53,717 nt of DNA, from the IMG/VR virus record IMGVR_UViG_3300012942_000055, positions 1 to 53,717 of that record. One strand, written 5' to 3'. The stretch comes from a virus. Its lineage: Duplodnaviria; Caudoviricetes. A program made the position numbers and the translations under genes. Shown here one piece after another: positions 33,801-43,693 of this stretch. Under the pieces are notes generated by a model. The model was given only the letters and a program-made list of their open reading frames with translations. It ran no database searches and was not told the origin of the DNA. Position 1 is the first letter of the stretch. Each line of letters opens with the position of its first letter.

Positions 33801-35506
33801 AAAAGGGTGCGGGTACGGCTGTACAGGCTGCTAAAAACTTTGGAACCAAAGTAGGTGGTGCACTTAAGACTGGCCTTTCCAGTACGATGGATGTTGGTAA
33901 GTCTGTCGGAACAAGCATAAAAAATGGCGTAGGAAAAGCCGTATCTGCTGCGTCTAGTGCAGGTAAATCTATCGGAACTTCCCTAGCCAACGGAGCAAAG
34001 ACTGGTGTAAATGCTGTCAAGGCAGGTTTTGACAAGATTGCTGCCAGTGCCGTTGTTGCTCGCGCTAAGGCTCTTGCTTTTGCCGCAGGGCAGAAGATCA
34101 TTGCTGCCGCTACAAAGGCTTGGACAGCAATGCAATGGCTTCTTAACCTAGCGCTCAACGCCAACCCAATTGGTCTTCTCATCACAGCAATTGGACTTCT
34201 TGTTGCTGCTATTGTTGTCATCATTGTCAAGGTCAAGCCTGTTCGAGAATTTTTCCTCAAGTTCTGGAAGAACATCCAAAAGGCTTGGGACAAGGTTGTT
34301 GATTGGTTCAAGAAACTCTGGAATACTATTTACGGATGGTTCAAGAAGAACATTGATAAAATTGTCACTATTCTAGGTCTATTTGTTCCAGGAATTCTTA
34401 TAATTAAATACTGGAAACAAATATCTGATTTCTTTAAGAAATTATGGGATGGTGTTTACAAGTACTTTAAGTCATATATTGGACTAATTGGTAAGGTTGT
34501 CTCTGGGCTTTGGGACACTGTTAAGAAAGTTATTGGTTGGATCAAGGATGGCTGGGATGGTCTAGTCTCCTGGGTCGGCAAACTCCCTGGACGTATAGCC
34601 ACTGCTGCTAAAGGTATTTGGGATTCTTTTTACAATACAATTTCCGGTTTAGTCACTAAAATCCACAAAAAATGGGATGATCTTGTTACTTGGGTAAAAG
34701 GATTACCAAGTAAAATCTCTAAGGCTGCTTCAAATTTGTGGCAATCTTTCAGAGATAAAGTTAATAGTGTATATACTTCTATCCAGACAAAGTGGAATGC
34801 GCTTGTTGATTGGGTAAAAGGTCTTCCTGCAAAAATTGGACGAGCAGCCGGTTCTCTTTGGCAGTCTTTTAGAGACAAAGTTAATAGCGTATATACCTCT
34901 ATTCAAACTAAATGGAACAATCTCGTAGGCTGGGTGAAGGGTCTTCCTAGTAAAATAAGTGGTGCTGCATCGAATTTGTGGCAGTCATTCCGAGATAAGG
35001 CTAATGGCGTATATACTTCTATTCAGACAAAATGGAATGATCTTATTGGTTGGGTGAAGGGTCTTCCGTCTAGAATTAGTCGCGCAGCGTCTGGACTTTG
35101 GGGTGGATTTAAGACTTCTTTCCGCTCGGCCATTAATTACATCATTGATAAGTGGAACAACCTAAGTTTCCACTTGTCAGCACCAAAGAATAAACTTACC
35201 GAGTTTCTTCACATCAGTAATCTAGGATTCACGCTTGACACGCCTAATATTCCTCGTCTTGCAACTGGTGGTGTTGTTAATCCTTCTCCTGGTGGAAGCC
35301 TAGTTAACGTTGCTGAGGCTGGCAAGCCTGAGAAGGTTACGCCTCTTGACAAGGACGGACTCTCCGCAGGTGATCATGCTGTTATTGCCGCAATTAACTC
35401 GCAAAAGTCTGCTACCATTAACATCACAATCTACCAGCAGCCTGGACAGAGCACGCAAGAACTTGCCTCCGAAGTCTCTCGTCAACTTGCATGGCAGATG
35501 GGATGA
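30854..35506 (+). CDS. Tape measure protein
   Basis: 1550 aa, GAAAGAGG SD, N-terminal IGSAYVTIRA, coiled coils, hydrophobic segments, Trp-spaced repeats, C-terminal IPRLATGG. Confidence 0.92.
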   Translation: MAIIGSAYVTIRALTNNLASDIEKGLGPAIDSAGTKAGERLAQKMQQGFSRNNKLSAPDIDTSRAERSLSRVGDSARDVARDLNRTKGKVSVDTDPAERALNDVAKTAANAGERAGRDFTQRFGAGNFSGVVTRLFNVILLGTPAIGALVGALSSLVSGLFSVAAAAAPAANALAILPGLASAAVGAFATIGLAFKGVGAAFSAGQKALGGGGGAAASAGKSAQRTANQVADAQADAAEKIKQANEDAAKASKEARDQIISDQQDIIDLNDQYRKDSKETKDAIVQDKKDIVTANTLAAQRLRDAEKNVADAEYDLAKAQAKSKQAQADLNAARKQAKEDLEDLKNSAEQASISEAQAAINLQKARENLALYTELPVNNRLRQQAELQYRQAQLDMTEATQTAKRTSEANDAAVKAGVEGSAKVQDAKQAEADAQHDVSEAQYNEMKANEDLTQTKLDNAKDIHDANQQLIDDQEKLQDINRQYARDYSDATKKLAQDQQKLSDIEEERRKKIADANKQLARTLRDAALSAEGVGAAGARGINAFQTAMDKLSPSAQQFVRYLLSIRGIMKDLQEAAGVELFPKLETAIDKVIKGNALGVLKDALRGIGSTIGDVAIDLANLINDPFFQGTFSKTMDSNKVVIKNLGDSLINVIDLLSTLSAAAAPVTESFSKWINTITGNWAKKARDNFDGVQASIQHGADVAKQIGGILKNYILGIYNLGKNAQGAGEGLLDSLTKASEKFKDFTGDPDRAGKFKKFFQDTAENARKISTMIVSATKAFAELGQNQAIGEIADTINDEVVPALKDLLDQATTEAGPVLGQLFANITEAFKNLTQNGGLRTFLTILNDFFTVINGIASAPGGKQTLVLLASLVASFKALSLIKKLTNLNNIGADLRKLGGMGKTAINFGKSIGTWSKAAKEAGKSAPVLRGFMSAVGNTQPIIKARLAWQSISGVTVKAAKGIKGAFETVAIKSMYVGESLKKGAGTAVQAAKNFGTKVGGALKTGLSSTMDVGKSVGTSIKNGVGKAVSAASSAGKSIGTSLANGAKTGVNAVKAGFDKIAASAVVARAKALAFAAGQKIIAAATKAWTAMQWLLNLALNANPIGLLITAIGLLVAAIVVIIVKVKPVREFFLKFWKNIQKAWDKVVDWFKKLWNTIYGWFKKNIDKIVTILGLFVPGILIIKYWKQISDFFKKLWDGVYKYFKSYIGLIGKVVSGLWDTVKKVIGWIKDGWDGLVSWVGKLPGRIATAAKGIWDSFYNTISGLVTKIHKKWDDLVTWVKGLPSKISKAASNLWQSFRDKVNSVYTSIQTKWNALVDWVKGLPAKIGRAAGSLWQSFRDKVNSVYTSIQTKWNNLVGWVKGLPSKISGAASNLWQSFRDKANGVYTSIQTKWNDLIGWVKGLPSRISRAASGLWGGFKTSFRSAINYIIDKWNNLSFHLSAPKNKLTEFLHISNLGFTLDTPNIPRLATGGVVNPSPGGSLVNVAEAGKPEKVTPLDKDGLSAGDHAVIAAINSQKSATINITIYQQPGQSTQELASEVSRQLAWQMG
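34550..35105 (+). repeat. 120-bp (40-aa) tandem repeats within the tape measure gene
   Basis: Units like KWNNLVGWVKGLPSKISGAASNLWQSFRDKVNSVYTSIQT start near 34670, 34790, 34910 and 35030. Confidence 0.85.
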
Positions 35507-35520
35507 TAAGGACTTAAGAG

Positions 35521-37017
35521 ATGCCAGTTTCACTATTCACCGGAGATGATATCTCCCTCAACGGAATAACGTTCAATCACTTGGACGACTCCGGTTGTAT
35601 TTGGTTTATCGAAGACATTGATGGTTGGTGGGGACTACCTGACCTAGAAGCATTTGACGATCCTCGCTCATACATTGAAGACGGAAGTTACTTTGCTGCT
35701 GGTAGGTATTCTCCACGAACCATCACCATTACCGGACATATCCTTCCTCCATATGACGGAATGCAGGCAGTAGTTGCAGCAAGAAATGCACTCAACAATG
35801 CCCTTGATTTAGTTCGCCAAGAAGGTAGTTTCCAGGTAAACGAGGGTCCAGACAAATATGCAATGGTGCAGGTAGCAGGTCGTCCACTCACAGCCTTCGA
35901 TAAGATCAACAATGTACTGAATTTCAGCATTCAACTTCGTGCTGCCGATCCACGTAAATTTGCCGTAGAGCAGAGTCTTATTTCTATTGATGTGGCTGCT
36001 TCTAGCGACGGCAGACGCTACAACAAGAATTACCCAGTTTCCTACGGAGAAATTGGCAGTGACGGGACAGCAAGTATTTTCAACGAAGGAAACTACAACA
36101 CACCTGCAACCTTTAGAATTAATGGGCCAGTTCAAAATCCAATCATCTCACACATCGAAAGCGGCAAAGACTTGCTCTTTGATGTTGATTTGGCAATTGA
36201 TGACTATGTAGATGTTGATTTGCGTGCTCGCACTGTTATCCGTAAAGGCGGAGTTTCCGGCAGAAGTACGCTTCTTGCTGGGAGCGAGTGGTTCACCATT
36301 GATCCAGGAAATAACACAGTTAAGTTTAGTGGTTATCAGACGATAGCCCCCCGAGACGCATCTCCTGCGTTAACTAACTATGTACCAAACCCTGCATGGG
36401 CGGATGTTAATGTCAGCGGAACACCTGACGGAGAATACATCAACTCTGCTGTTACAGTCCAAAGCATTGGATTTGATGGACCTAACACCAATAGACGAGT
36501 TCGCTACGTAAGAAGTGCGTCTTCTGGTGGCTCAGGCTTGGCTGTTATCCAGGCAGGCGGAGACACGACTGTTCCCTCTCTTGTACCACAACTTACGGCA
36601 TCTAGTACATATACAGCGTCTGTGTGGGTACGTGCCCCAAAGGCAACACAGGTAGTTTTGCGACTCGCAACGCCAGGCACCACCACAGGAACAGCCTCAG
36701 GAGTTTACAGCCTCGTGCCTAACCAGTGGACACAACTTTCTGTAACAGGAACTACTGGCGCAGCCCAGACAACCGGAGCCGTAAGTATTGAGTGGAAGGC
36801 TGTTGATCCCGGCTATACGGATGCTACAGGAGATACGTTAGACGTTTCTTCTGCAATGATCAATGATGGATCAATCTTATACAATTATTTCGACGGTGAT
36901 AGTGCATTCTCCGTGTGGACAGGAACAGCAAATGCCTCTACATCTACCCAACAAGCATTAACTTATGTTCCTAAGGCTATGGTACAATTTAGATACCACA
37001 GCGCGTGGATTTATTAA
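35521..37017 (+). CDS. Distal tail protein (Dit) with inserted carbohydrate-binding-like domain
   Basis: First gene after the tape measure; PRTITITG, LRAADPRK, N.GN..TP and WF.IDPGNN motifs; inserted TNYVPNP..YTASVWVR..YFDGD domain. Confidence 0.75.
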   Translation: MPVSLFTGDDISLNGITFNHLDDSGCIWFIEDIDGWWGLPDLEAFDDPRSYIEDGSYFAAGRYSPRTITITGHILPPYDGMQAVVAARNALNNALDLVRQEGSFQVNEGPDKYAMVQVAGRPLTAFDKINNVLNFSIQLRAADPRKFAVEQSLISIDVAASSDGRRYNKNYPVSYGEIGSDGTASIFNEGNYNTPATFRINGPVQNPIISHIESGKDLLFDVDLAIDDYVDVDLRARTVIRKGGVSGRSTLLAGSEWFTIDPGNNTVKFSGYQTIAPRDASPALTNYVPNPAWADVNVSGTPDGEYINSAVTVQSIGFDGPNTNRRVRYVRSASSGGSGLAVIQAGGDTTVPSLVPQLTASSTYTASVWVRAPKATQVVLRLATPGTTTGTASGVYSLVPNQWTQLSVTGTTGAAQTTGAVSIEWKAVDPGYTDATGDTLDVSSAMINDGSILYNYFDGDSAFSVWTGTANASTSTQQALTYVPKAMVQFRYHSAWIY

Positions 37018-37033
37018 GACGTAAGGATAAAAG

Positions 37034-38041
37034 ATGGCTTTATTGAACCCTCCTGCCTATATGCAGAATGGGACTTACACTGCCCGAGACGATAGACTTT
37101 TCTTAGATACTATTGTTCCAACCGCAGGTGTAGAACGAGGATTTACTGTCACTCAGACACCAACATCTTCGATGTATGTAAGAGTAACAGGTGGACGTGC
37201 ATTTGTTAAGTGGACGAGCACAGCAAACCAAGGATCATACCTTGTAACTAACGATGGAAATATTGACGTTCCCATCGCCGCAGCATCTTCTGCTAATCCT
37301 CGAAAAGATCGAGTTGTTCTTACAATCAGGGATGCACAATTTAGCGGATCAAACAATGACGCAATTATTCAGGTTCTACAAGGTGATCCTGCTGGTACGC
37401 CTAACCCTCCTGTGCTTCCCGCAAACTCTATTACTCTCGCTGTTGTCACAGTGCCAAAGAGCGCGTCCGTTATCGTCACAGCAAATGTGGATAACTCAGT
37501 ACAAGACGTGGCTAGAATTTCTGCCACACTTGCTCCGCAGGCAATTAAATGTACCAGCACCACAAGACCAACGTCTAACATCACTGATGGTATGATCATC
37601 CAAGAAACTGATACAGGTCTGACACGTGTTCGTGTGGGGTCAGTCTGGCGTCTGCTTACAGGTGAGGTTTCGGCTAACGGGGTATTGTCTGCTGTACTAG
37701 CCAGCAATGGCACAGGATGGAACGTTACTAGTGCGAATGCAGACATTAGAGGAACAGCACTCAGTGTTTACATTAACGCTACGTATACTGGTTCAGGTAT
37801 TACGGTACCATCTACCGGAAACATCGTTAACCAATTAGTTTGCACAATTAAGCCTACCTGGGCTCCTGCACTTACTACCGGAATTTCCAGCACAGGAACT
37901 GGACGTACCATCGGAGGATACGTCAACCCATCAGGACAAATTTATCTTGCAAATGTTGCCCCTGGTGCAAATATTGCAAAGAACGAAACTTTCAGTATGG
38001 CATTTACTGGTATCGTCTCCGGCTCAACTTGGCAGGTATGA
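37034..38041 (+). CDS. Minor tail protein, paralog 1
   Basis: ANPRKDRVVL..GTP..P..P...ITLA.V.VP pattern of actinophage minor tail proteins. Confidence 0.75.
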   Translation: MALLNPPAYMQNGTYTARDDRLFLDTIVPTAGVERGFTVTQTPTSSMYVRVTGGRAFVKWTSTANQGSYLVTNDGNIDVPIAAASSANPRKDRVVLTIRDAQFSGSNNDAIIQVLQGDPAGTPNPPVLPANSITLAVVTVPKSASVIVTANVDNSVQDVARISATLAPQAIKCTSTTRPTSNITDGMIIQETDTGLTRVRVGSVWRLLTGEVSANGVLSAVLASNGTGWNVTSANADIRGTALSVYINATYTGSGITVPSTGNIVNQLVCTIKPTWAPALTTGISSTGTGRTIGGYVNPSGQIYLANVAPGANIAKNETFSMAFTGIVSGSTWQV

Positions 38042-38042
38042 T

Positions 38043-39119
38043 ATGGCGCTTCTACTTCCATCATACATGCAAGAAAATGCCTTCTCGGCCACTGATCAAA
38101 GACTCATTACTGAGACTGTTGTCCCTCTACCCGGAATTGTGCAGGGGTTCAATATCGTAGCCACTGCACCAGCCTCAATGAATGTTACCATTGGCGCTGG
38201 GCGAGCCATTATTGAAAAGACTGACGCATCCAACCAAGGATCATACGTCATCACTAATGACGGCAACATTACTGCCACCATCGGAGCAGCGTCTACTGCA
38301 AACCCAAGAATTGATCGTATTGTCCTCACAGCACGTGACTCACAGTTCTCTGGTTCCAATAATGATGTAATTGTTCAGGTTATTGCTGGTACGGTTGCCG
38401 CATCTCCTGTGGCTCCTGCTGCCCCAGCAAATTCTATTACCTTGGGACTAGTTACCGTACCTAAGAGTGCAACCACAATTACTACTGCTAACATTGATGT
38501 GATATCGTCTGATCAGGCACGCGCCTCTTATACTTTGGCACCACAAATCACTAAATGTCTCAGCACGAAAAGACCAACGACAAATCTTGTTGAAGGAATG
38601 CTTATTCAGGAAACTGATACAGGCTATATTCGTGTCCGCACAGGCGGAGTGTGGAAACTCATCAGCAGTGGGCTATCTACAACTAAAATTTCTGATATTG
38701 CTGTCGCCAAGGGTATTCCAGTAAACACTAAACTACCTGGCTACATTACATACTCCACTACTTTTGCTACACTCGTGGCAGAAGTGCATGGAAATCCTGC
38801 CTTTACACCGTTGAGTGGTTCTGCTCTCATTCGCGGTGGTATGGTACAAGTAAACATTTCCGTTAAAAGTTTGGTTAATATTGTCAAACCTACCAACGGA
38901 AATATTACCAACCTTCCTCTTTGCTCCATCAAAGACCCATACAAACCAGCGGTAACTACCCCTGTTGTGCCTCTAACAACTGGCCCTACTTTTGGGGCGT
39001 ACGCCAACGCAGATGGTTCAGTATATTTGGCTAACCTATTGGGAAGTGTTTCGGCAGGAGATACCTTTAACTTCTCTTACGTAGCAGGAACATCTAGTAA
39101 GTTGTGGGCGGTATCGTGA
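38043..39119 (+). CDS. Minor tail protein, paralog 2 (start reassigned to ATG 38043)
   Basis: MALLLPSYMQ aligns with MALLNPPAYMQ of paralog 1 and begins just after its stop. Confidence 0.75.
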   Translation: MALLLPSYMQENAFSATDQRLITETVVPLPGIVQGFNIVATAPASMNVTIGAGRAIIEKTDASNQGSYVITNDGNITATIGAASTANPRIDRIVLTARDSQFSGSNNDVIVQVIAGTVAASPVAPAAPANSITLGLVTVPKSATTITTANIDVISSDQARASYTLAPQITKCLSTKRPTTNLVEGMLIQETDTGYIRVRTGGVWKLISSGLSTTKISDIAVAKGIPVNTKLPGYITYSTTFATLVAEVHGNPAFTPLSGSALIRGGMVQVNISVKSLVNIVKPTNGNITNLPLCSIKDPYKPAVTTPVVPLTTGPTFGAYANADGSVYLANLLGSVSAGDTFNFSYVAGTSSKLWAVS

Positions 39120-39120
39120 C

Positions 39121-40245
39121 ATGGCAACCACATCACAACATCTCTATACCTTCCTTTTTACAGATATTAGGACAAACAAAGTAATTGCTGAACTTCCAGT
39201 ATCTGCTCCTACCTACGGATACAAACTATCCGACACAGGAGAAATGTCTGGATCATTCAACATCAATGATGAAGTATTAAAACAAGACCCGCTCAACGCA
39301 ACCGTACCTGGCCGCACAGGAGTATACGTCATTCGTGACGGTATTCCTGTGTGGGGAGGCATGGTATGGGGTCGTCAGTACTCTGTGCAAAATCGCCAGA
39401 TGACCATTAATGCTGAGACATTTGACTCATACTTCAACAAGCGCTTCCAGCGGAGCGAGTACCACGTTGATGGGGTTGATCAGTTTGACATGGCACGTTG
39501 GTTGATCAAGAACAATAACATTGACCAAGACATTCTTATGGATGTTTCTACGGCCATGTCTGGTGTTACTCGTCAGCGTAACATGTACAGGTACGAGTAT
39601 AAGACAATTCTAGAAGAATTCACGCAACTAGCAAATCTTCTCAATGGATTTGACTGGGAAGTGCGTGTCTACAAAGATAATCAAACACAAGAGTTAAAGA
39701 GAAGACTAGAGTTCTACTACCCACAAAAAGGTCTTACACCTTCTCAGTCTCACCTTGTTTTCGACTACCCAGGAAATATTCAAACATTTGATGTTTCATG
39801 GGATGCGAAGGAAGGCGCTAACATCGTGTATACTCTTGGTGCTGGTACAGGATATGATCAACTCGTGGGAGAGGCTGACGACTACAGTCAACTCAGCGCT
39901 GGTTGGCCTAAACTAGAAATTTCTAGGTCGTATACTTCCGTGACGTTCCCAAGTACGTTGAATTCACACGCTTCTTCGATCTTGAAACTAAAGAACTCGC
40001 CAATCACGATTTATTCTGTTACCATTAGACCAGACATTGATCCTCCGTTTGGTAGTTACAGCGTCGGAGACTGGGCAACCTTCAACATCGAAGACCCACT
40101 CTTAGGACTTCTTAACATCACACAGAGAATCACAGAAATGACGGTCGCCGTAGACACAAGCGGTCTTGAAACCATTACTCTTACATTGAGCAGTGGTGAA
40201 GAGCCTATTGAAGACAACCCAGAAGATGACATTCCAGACGTATGA
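39121..40245 (+). CDS. Minor tail / baseplate hub (Tal-like) protein
   Basis: IAELP..RDGIPVWGG..GFDWE..FDYPGNI..YSVGD pattern typical of siphovirus hub proteins. Confidence 0.7.
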   Translation: MATTSQHLYTFLFTDIRTNKVIAELPVSAPTYGYKLSDTGEMSGSFNINDEVLKQDPLNATVPGRTGVYVIRDGIPVWGGMVWGRQYSVQNRQMTINAETFDSYFNKRFQRSEYHVDGVDQFDMARWLIKNNNIDQDILMDVSTAMSGVTRQRNMYRYEYKTILEEFTQLANLLNGFDWEVRVYKDNQTQELKRRLEFYYPQKGLTPSQSHLVFDYPGNIQTFDVSWDAKEGANIVYTLGAGTGYDQLVGEADDYSQLSAGWPKLEISRSYTSVTFPSTLNSHASSILKLKNSPITIYSVTIRPDIDPPFGSYSVGDWATFNIEDPLLGLLNITQRITEMTVAVDTSGLETITLTLSSGEEPIEDNPEDDIPDV

Positions 40246-43200
40246 CAGAATACAACAGCCAGAGAACTTTACAAAATAAGTTCCGAGAAATTGAGCGAAG
40301 ACTACGTGGTCTTGAAAGTACTGCCCAATTGGGATTTTCCTCCGTCGTTAGCGATGGAGCCATTAAGGTCTATGACAAAGATGGTACCCTTGTGCAGCAA
40401 GTTGGTACCCAATTTGATGGTACCTACACTTCTGCATCCCTTGGCGGGCCGACACCACCAACCCCAACTACCCCCACAGTTGCGGGAGTAGTTGGTGGAT
40501 TGGATATCAGTTGGGATGGACTATTTACAGACGCAGCATACGCTCCGATGGATTTTTCCCGTGTAGAAGTGCATGCATCTGCTGCATCAGGATTTGAAAT
40601 AACACAAGAAAACCTTGTCAACACATTCGAATCACCTCAAGGCGGAAAGCACTTCGTTTCTTTTCCTGATTCCAATACCTACTATGTAAAATTAGTAACG
40701 AGAACACAATCAGGAAAACTATCTCCTGAATCTGGACAAGCCTCTGGTGTTCCGCAAAGTGTTGAAGCAGGAGAAATTATTCCACCTGCCGCGCCTACTG
40801 GGCTAGTAGAAACATCTTCGTGGTACTACAGCCCAAACTGGCTTGCCCTTATTCGATTTGATCTTTCTTGGAATGCTGTTACTGTAGATGAGCACGGCGG
40901 TCCAACTACAATTTCTGGGTACGAAGTTTGGTATTCAGAGAACGGTGGGGACTACGTATTCGGAGCGGCCTCGCAGACCACCTCTGTGACGCTCTACGCC
41001 CTCAAACCTGATACCACGTACTCTTTCAAGGTCCGTGCCGTTAATCAAGTTCCAGGGCAATTTTCCGGCGCTGCTTCTGGTAATTTTCCATCTTCGTCTA
41101 TCGTAGAGACCATCCCTACCCCAGACACAATGCCTGCTCAGTCACAAATGACTGTAGCACTCATCAGTTACGATGCACTGACAAGCGTATCTGCTGTTCC
41201 TCCCGGTCAAATTGCTTTTGTTGAGGTGGGATACAAGACAACTTCTGGTGGTACGTATAATACGATCACAACATTTGGTTCCCCTAGAATTCCGCAAAGT
41301 GTTCCAGTAGCAAATGCAGGAGACCCAAATGACACTGCGTATCTTGCTCTGCGCTACACTACGTACATGGGAAATCGCGGAGCATGGGCACCTGTTAACC
41401 CTTCCCCGCTTACCATTGTTGGAATTGTTGACGAAGACCTCATTAACACCTCATTGCAGGAACAATTTGCCTCCGTCAATAGTGCGGTGTCTGCTGTACA
41501 GGTTTCTGCTAATGGTAAAAACACCATCACATATTCAACTGCAAATCCGTCAGGAACAGGTGTAGTAGGAGATACATGGTTCAAACAATCCGGAAACATC
41601 ATTGTTGCACAGTGGACATGGGATGGGTCAAGTTGGATAGCAAAAACTCTTGACAATGATGTTATTGCTAATCTCGACGCCGGAAAGATCAATGCCGGAA
41701 CTATTAGCGCTGAGCGAATCGGGGCAGGCACAATTGCTGCCTCCGCGCTTGCTGCCAACTCCGTGACGGCCTCTGCAATCGCCACAGGTGCTATCACCGC
41801 AGGTAAGATCGCTGCTAATGCTGTAACGGCTGGGTCTATTAATGCTGGTGCCATTGACGGTATGATTATCACGGGTGCGGTAGTTCAAACTGACTACTCT
41901 GGTCAACGTGTTGTACTTGACGCACTCGGACTTCACGGGTACAATGAATTAGGTCAGGAAGTTACCACTATCTCATCTGATACTGGTGCTCTGTCTGCGG
42001 CTAGTGGTACATTTTCAGGTAAAATTGTCGGTTCTGAAATTATTGGTGCAGTTCTGAAAACAGGAACCACCGGAAACAGAATGTACCTTGGGGACTACTA
42101 CTATGTGCGCCCACCTAGCCAAAGTGGAGATACCAACTTAGGTGGATCACTTTTTTGGTACGCACCTGATGAGTTTAACTGGTACCCATCAAATCTTACA
42201 TCATTTACTCAAACTAATACTGACATTAACGGGTGGGATAACGCTATATATTTGGCTACTGGATATCCAAATGGAAGTTCTATTAACCCAACTTCTCTAC
42301 AGATGGATTTATATGTTCCGTCACCAGAAGATGCCCTCTCTGATGGTACTTTACCTATCAGTTACTCATTGTTTGATACCGGACACTTTTTTGTCTACTC
42401 AGGTAGTCCAAATGGCAACTCTAATAAAATCCCATATCCACTGGCTATACAACATAATACTTTCCATGTTGGATCAACAGAGAATCTTAAAAATGGGCTG
42501 TACCAAAATACAAGTAAGATTGAATTAGCACTCGAACTTGATGGCATAAGTGATGGTGGACCTAACCCGCCTACTCCGTGGAACTATGTAGACAATGCTC
42601 TTCACTCTACCATTAATATGACTGCCTCGTATTCTGGTGCAACAAGTGCCTCTTCTGTTGATTTAAATTCACTAGTTGGTAGTACTGAGTGGAATATCGG
42701 AGCACTTACTGATTTTTCAATCTCTAAGTGGGGAATAAAGCCACTTGGGCCTAATTCTGCTGATTTTGTGCAATATGATGTTTTGACTATTCATAGTGCG
42801 AGAGACGCAACTGACTCTAGTTTTATTCAATTACAAGCACCACCTGAGGTTGGCGATGTTGACAACAGCAACCCTAACTATGGTTGGGTCACTATTGCTA
42901 ATGAAAGTATTTCTCTTGCTGCAAAAAATGTTGAAATTACAGCAAATAACGGAACTGGTACACTTAATTCGGATAGTTTATTTAGACTAACAGCATCAGC
43001 AAACCTCTCAGCAACTTCTACTGGACATGCATTACAAATTGGACTCACCAATAGCCCTAATCTAAGATTTGACACTTCTGGTATTTCAGCAGTTTCTGGC
43101 GGAACTTTGTCTGATTTGGATTTGAACCGTGGTGGTGGTATAGTACACGTAGGTCAGTCTCAAAGTTCTGGCTCTCCTGAACTTATGGTAGGAAATCCTG

Positions 43201-43688
43201 CTGGTAATTTACAGCCCAACCTATCTCTGGTACGATACAGAAATAGTCAGTTATACAAGGCATTATTTTACGCCACGGCAACTAGCGGTCCAGGACAATT
43301 AGGGGTACAATTACAAATCGATGGCACTTCACAATCAACTTTCTACTTTAATGAGGGTAATACCGGTACTGGAAATATTACGGCAAATACAAATAGTGTT
43401 ACAAGACCCGTTACTCCATTTGCAATGCAGATGGGAACAGTCAGTACTTCTACTGGTATTGCGCAAAATGCGGGATGGCAGCCATCTATCTCATTTGCAT
43501 CTGGAAGATTTACACAGGCACCGTTTGTATTCGTGGCAGTAGACAGCCCAAGACTAACAACTGATGCCGAATCTATCACTACTTCGGGATTTACAGGACG
43601 AGCCTATAACTGGACCACATCTACAGTACCAAGTACTAAAATGACATGGCTAGCAATTCAAATGACTTCAAGTAATACAGTAGGGTGA
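40242..43688 (+). CDS. Tail tip / central fibre protein with FN3-like domains
   Basis: PPAAPTGL..LSWN..YEVW..LKPDTTYSFKVRAVN (FN3-like); ITAGKIAANAVTA repeats; beta-rich C-terminus. Confidence 0.75.
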   Translation: MTEYNSQRTLQNKFREIERRLRGLESTAQLGFSSVVSDGAIKVYDKDGTLVQQVGTQFDGTYTSASLGGPTPPTPTTPTVAGVVGGLDISWDGLFTDAAYAPMDFSRVEVHASAASGFEITQENLVNTFESPQGGKHFVSFPDSNTYYVKLVTRTQSGKLSPESGQASGVPQSVEAGEIIPPAAPTGLVETSSWYYSPNWLALIRFDLSWNAVTVDEHGGPTTISGYEVWYSENGGDYVFGAASQTTSVTLYALKPDTTYSFKVRAVNQVPGQFSGAASGNFPSSSIVETIPTPDTMPAQSQMTVALISYDALTSVSAVPPGQIAFVEVGYKTTSGGTYNTITTFGSPRIPQSVPVANAGDPNDTAYLALRYTTYMGNRGAWAPVNPSPLTIVGIVDEDLINTSLQEQFASVNSAVSAVQVSANGKNTITYSTANPSGTGVVGDTWFKQSGNIIVAQWTWDGSSWIAKTLDNDVIANLDAGKINAGTISAERIGAGTIAASALAANSVTASAIATGAITAGKIAANAVTAGSINAGAIDGMIITGAVVQTDYSGQRVVLDALGLHGYNELGQEVTTISSDTGALSAASGTFSGKIVGSEIIGAVLKTGTTGNRMYLGDYYYVRPPSQSGDTNLGGSLFWYAPDEFNWYPSNLTSFTQTNTDINGWDNAIYLATGYPNGSSINPTSLQMDLYVPSPEDALSDGTLPISYSLFDTGHFFVYSGSPNGNSNKIPYPLAIQHNTFHVGSTENLKNGLYQNTSKIELALELDGISDGGPNPPTPWNYVDNALHSTINMTASYSGATSASSVDLNSLVGSTEWNIGALTDFSISKWGIKPLGPNSADFVQYDVLTIHSARDATDSSFIQLQAPPEVGDVDNSNPNYGWVTIANESISLAAKNVEITANNGTGTLNSDSLFRLTASANLSATSTGHALQIGLTNSPNLRFDTSGISAVSGGTLSDLDLNRGGGIVHVGQSQSSGSPELMVGNPAGNLQPNLSLVRYRNSQLYKALFYATATSGPGQLGVQLQIDGTSQSTFYFNEGNTGTGNITANTNSVTRPVTPFAMQMGTVSTSTGIAQNAGWQPSISFASGRFTQAPFVFVAVDSPRLTTDAESITTSGFTGRAYNWTTSTVPSTKMTWLAIQMTSSNTVG

Positions 43689-43693
43689 TAGGT

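Noticed and set aside
30607-34311. Long antisense ORFs 30607..31632 (341 aa) and 33358..34311 (317 aa)
   Set aside because: Shadow frames of the Ala/Gly-rich tape measure gene; no SD or recognisable motifs.
37034-43688. Diversity-generating retroelement or invertase-based tail switching
   Set aside because: No reverse transcriptase or recombinase seen; the paralogous tail genes differ at all base types and are co-oriented.
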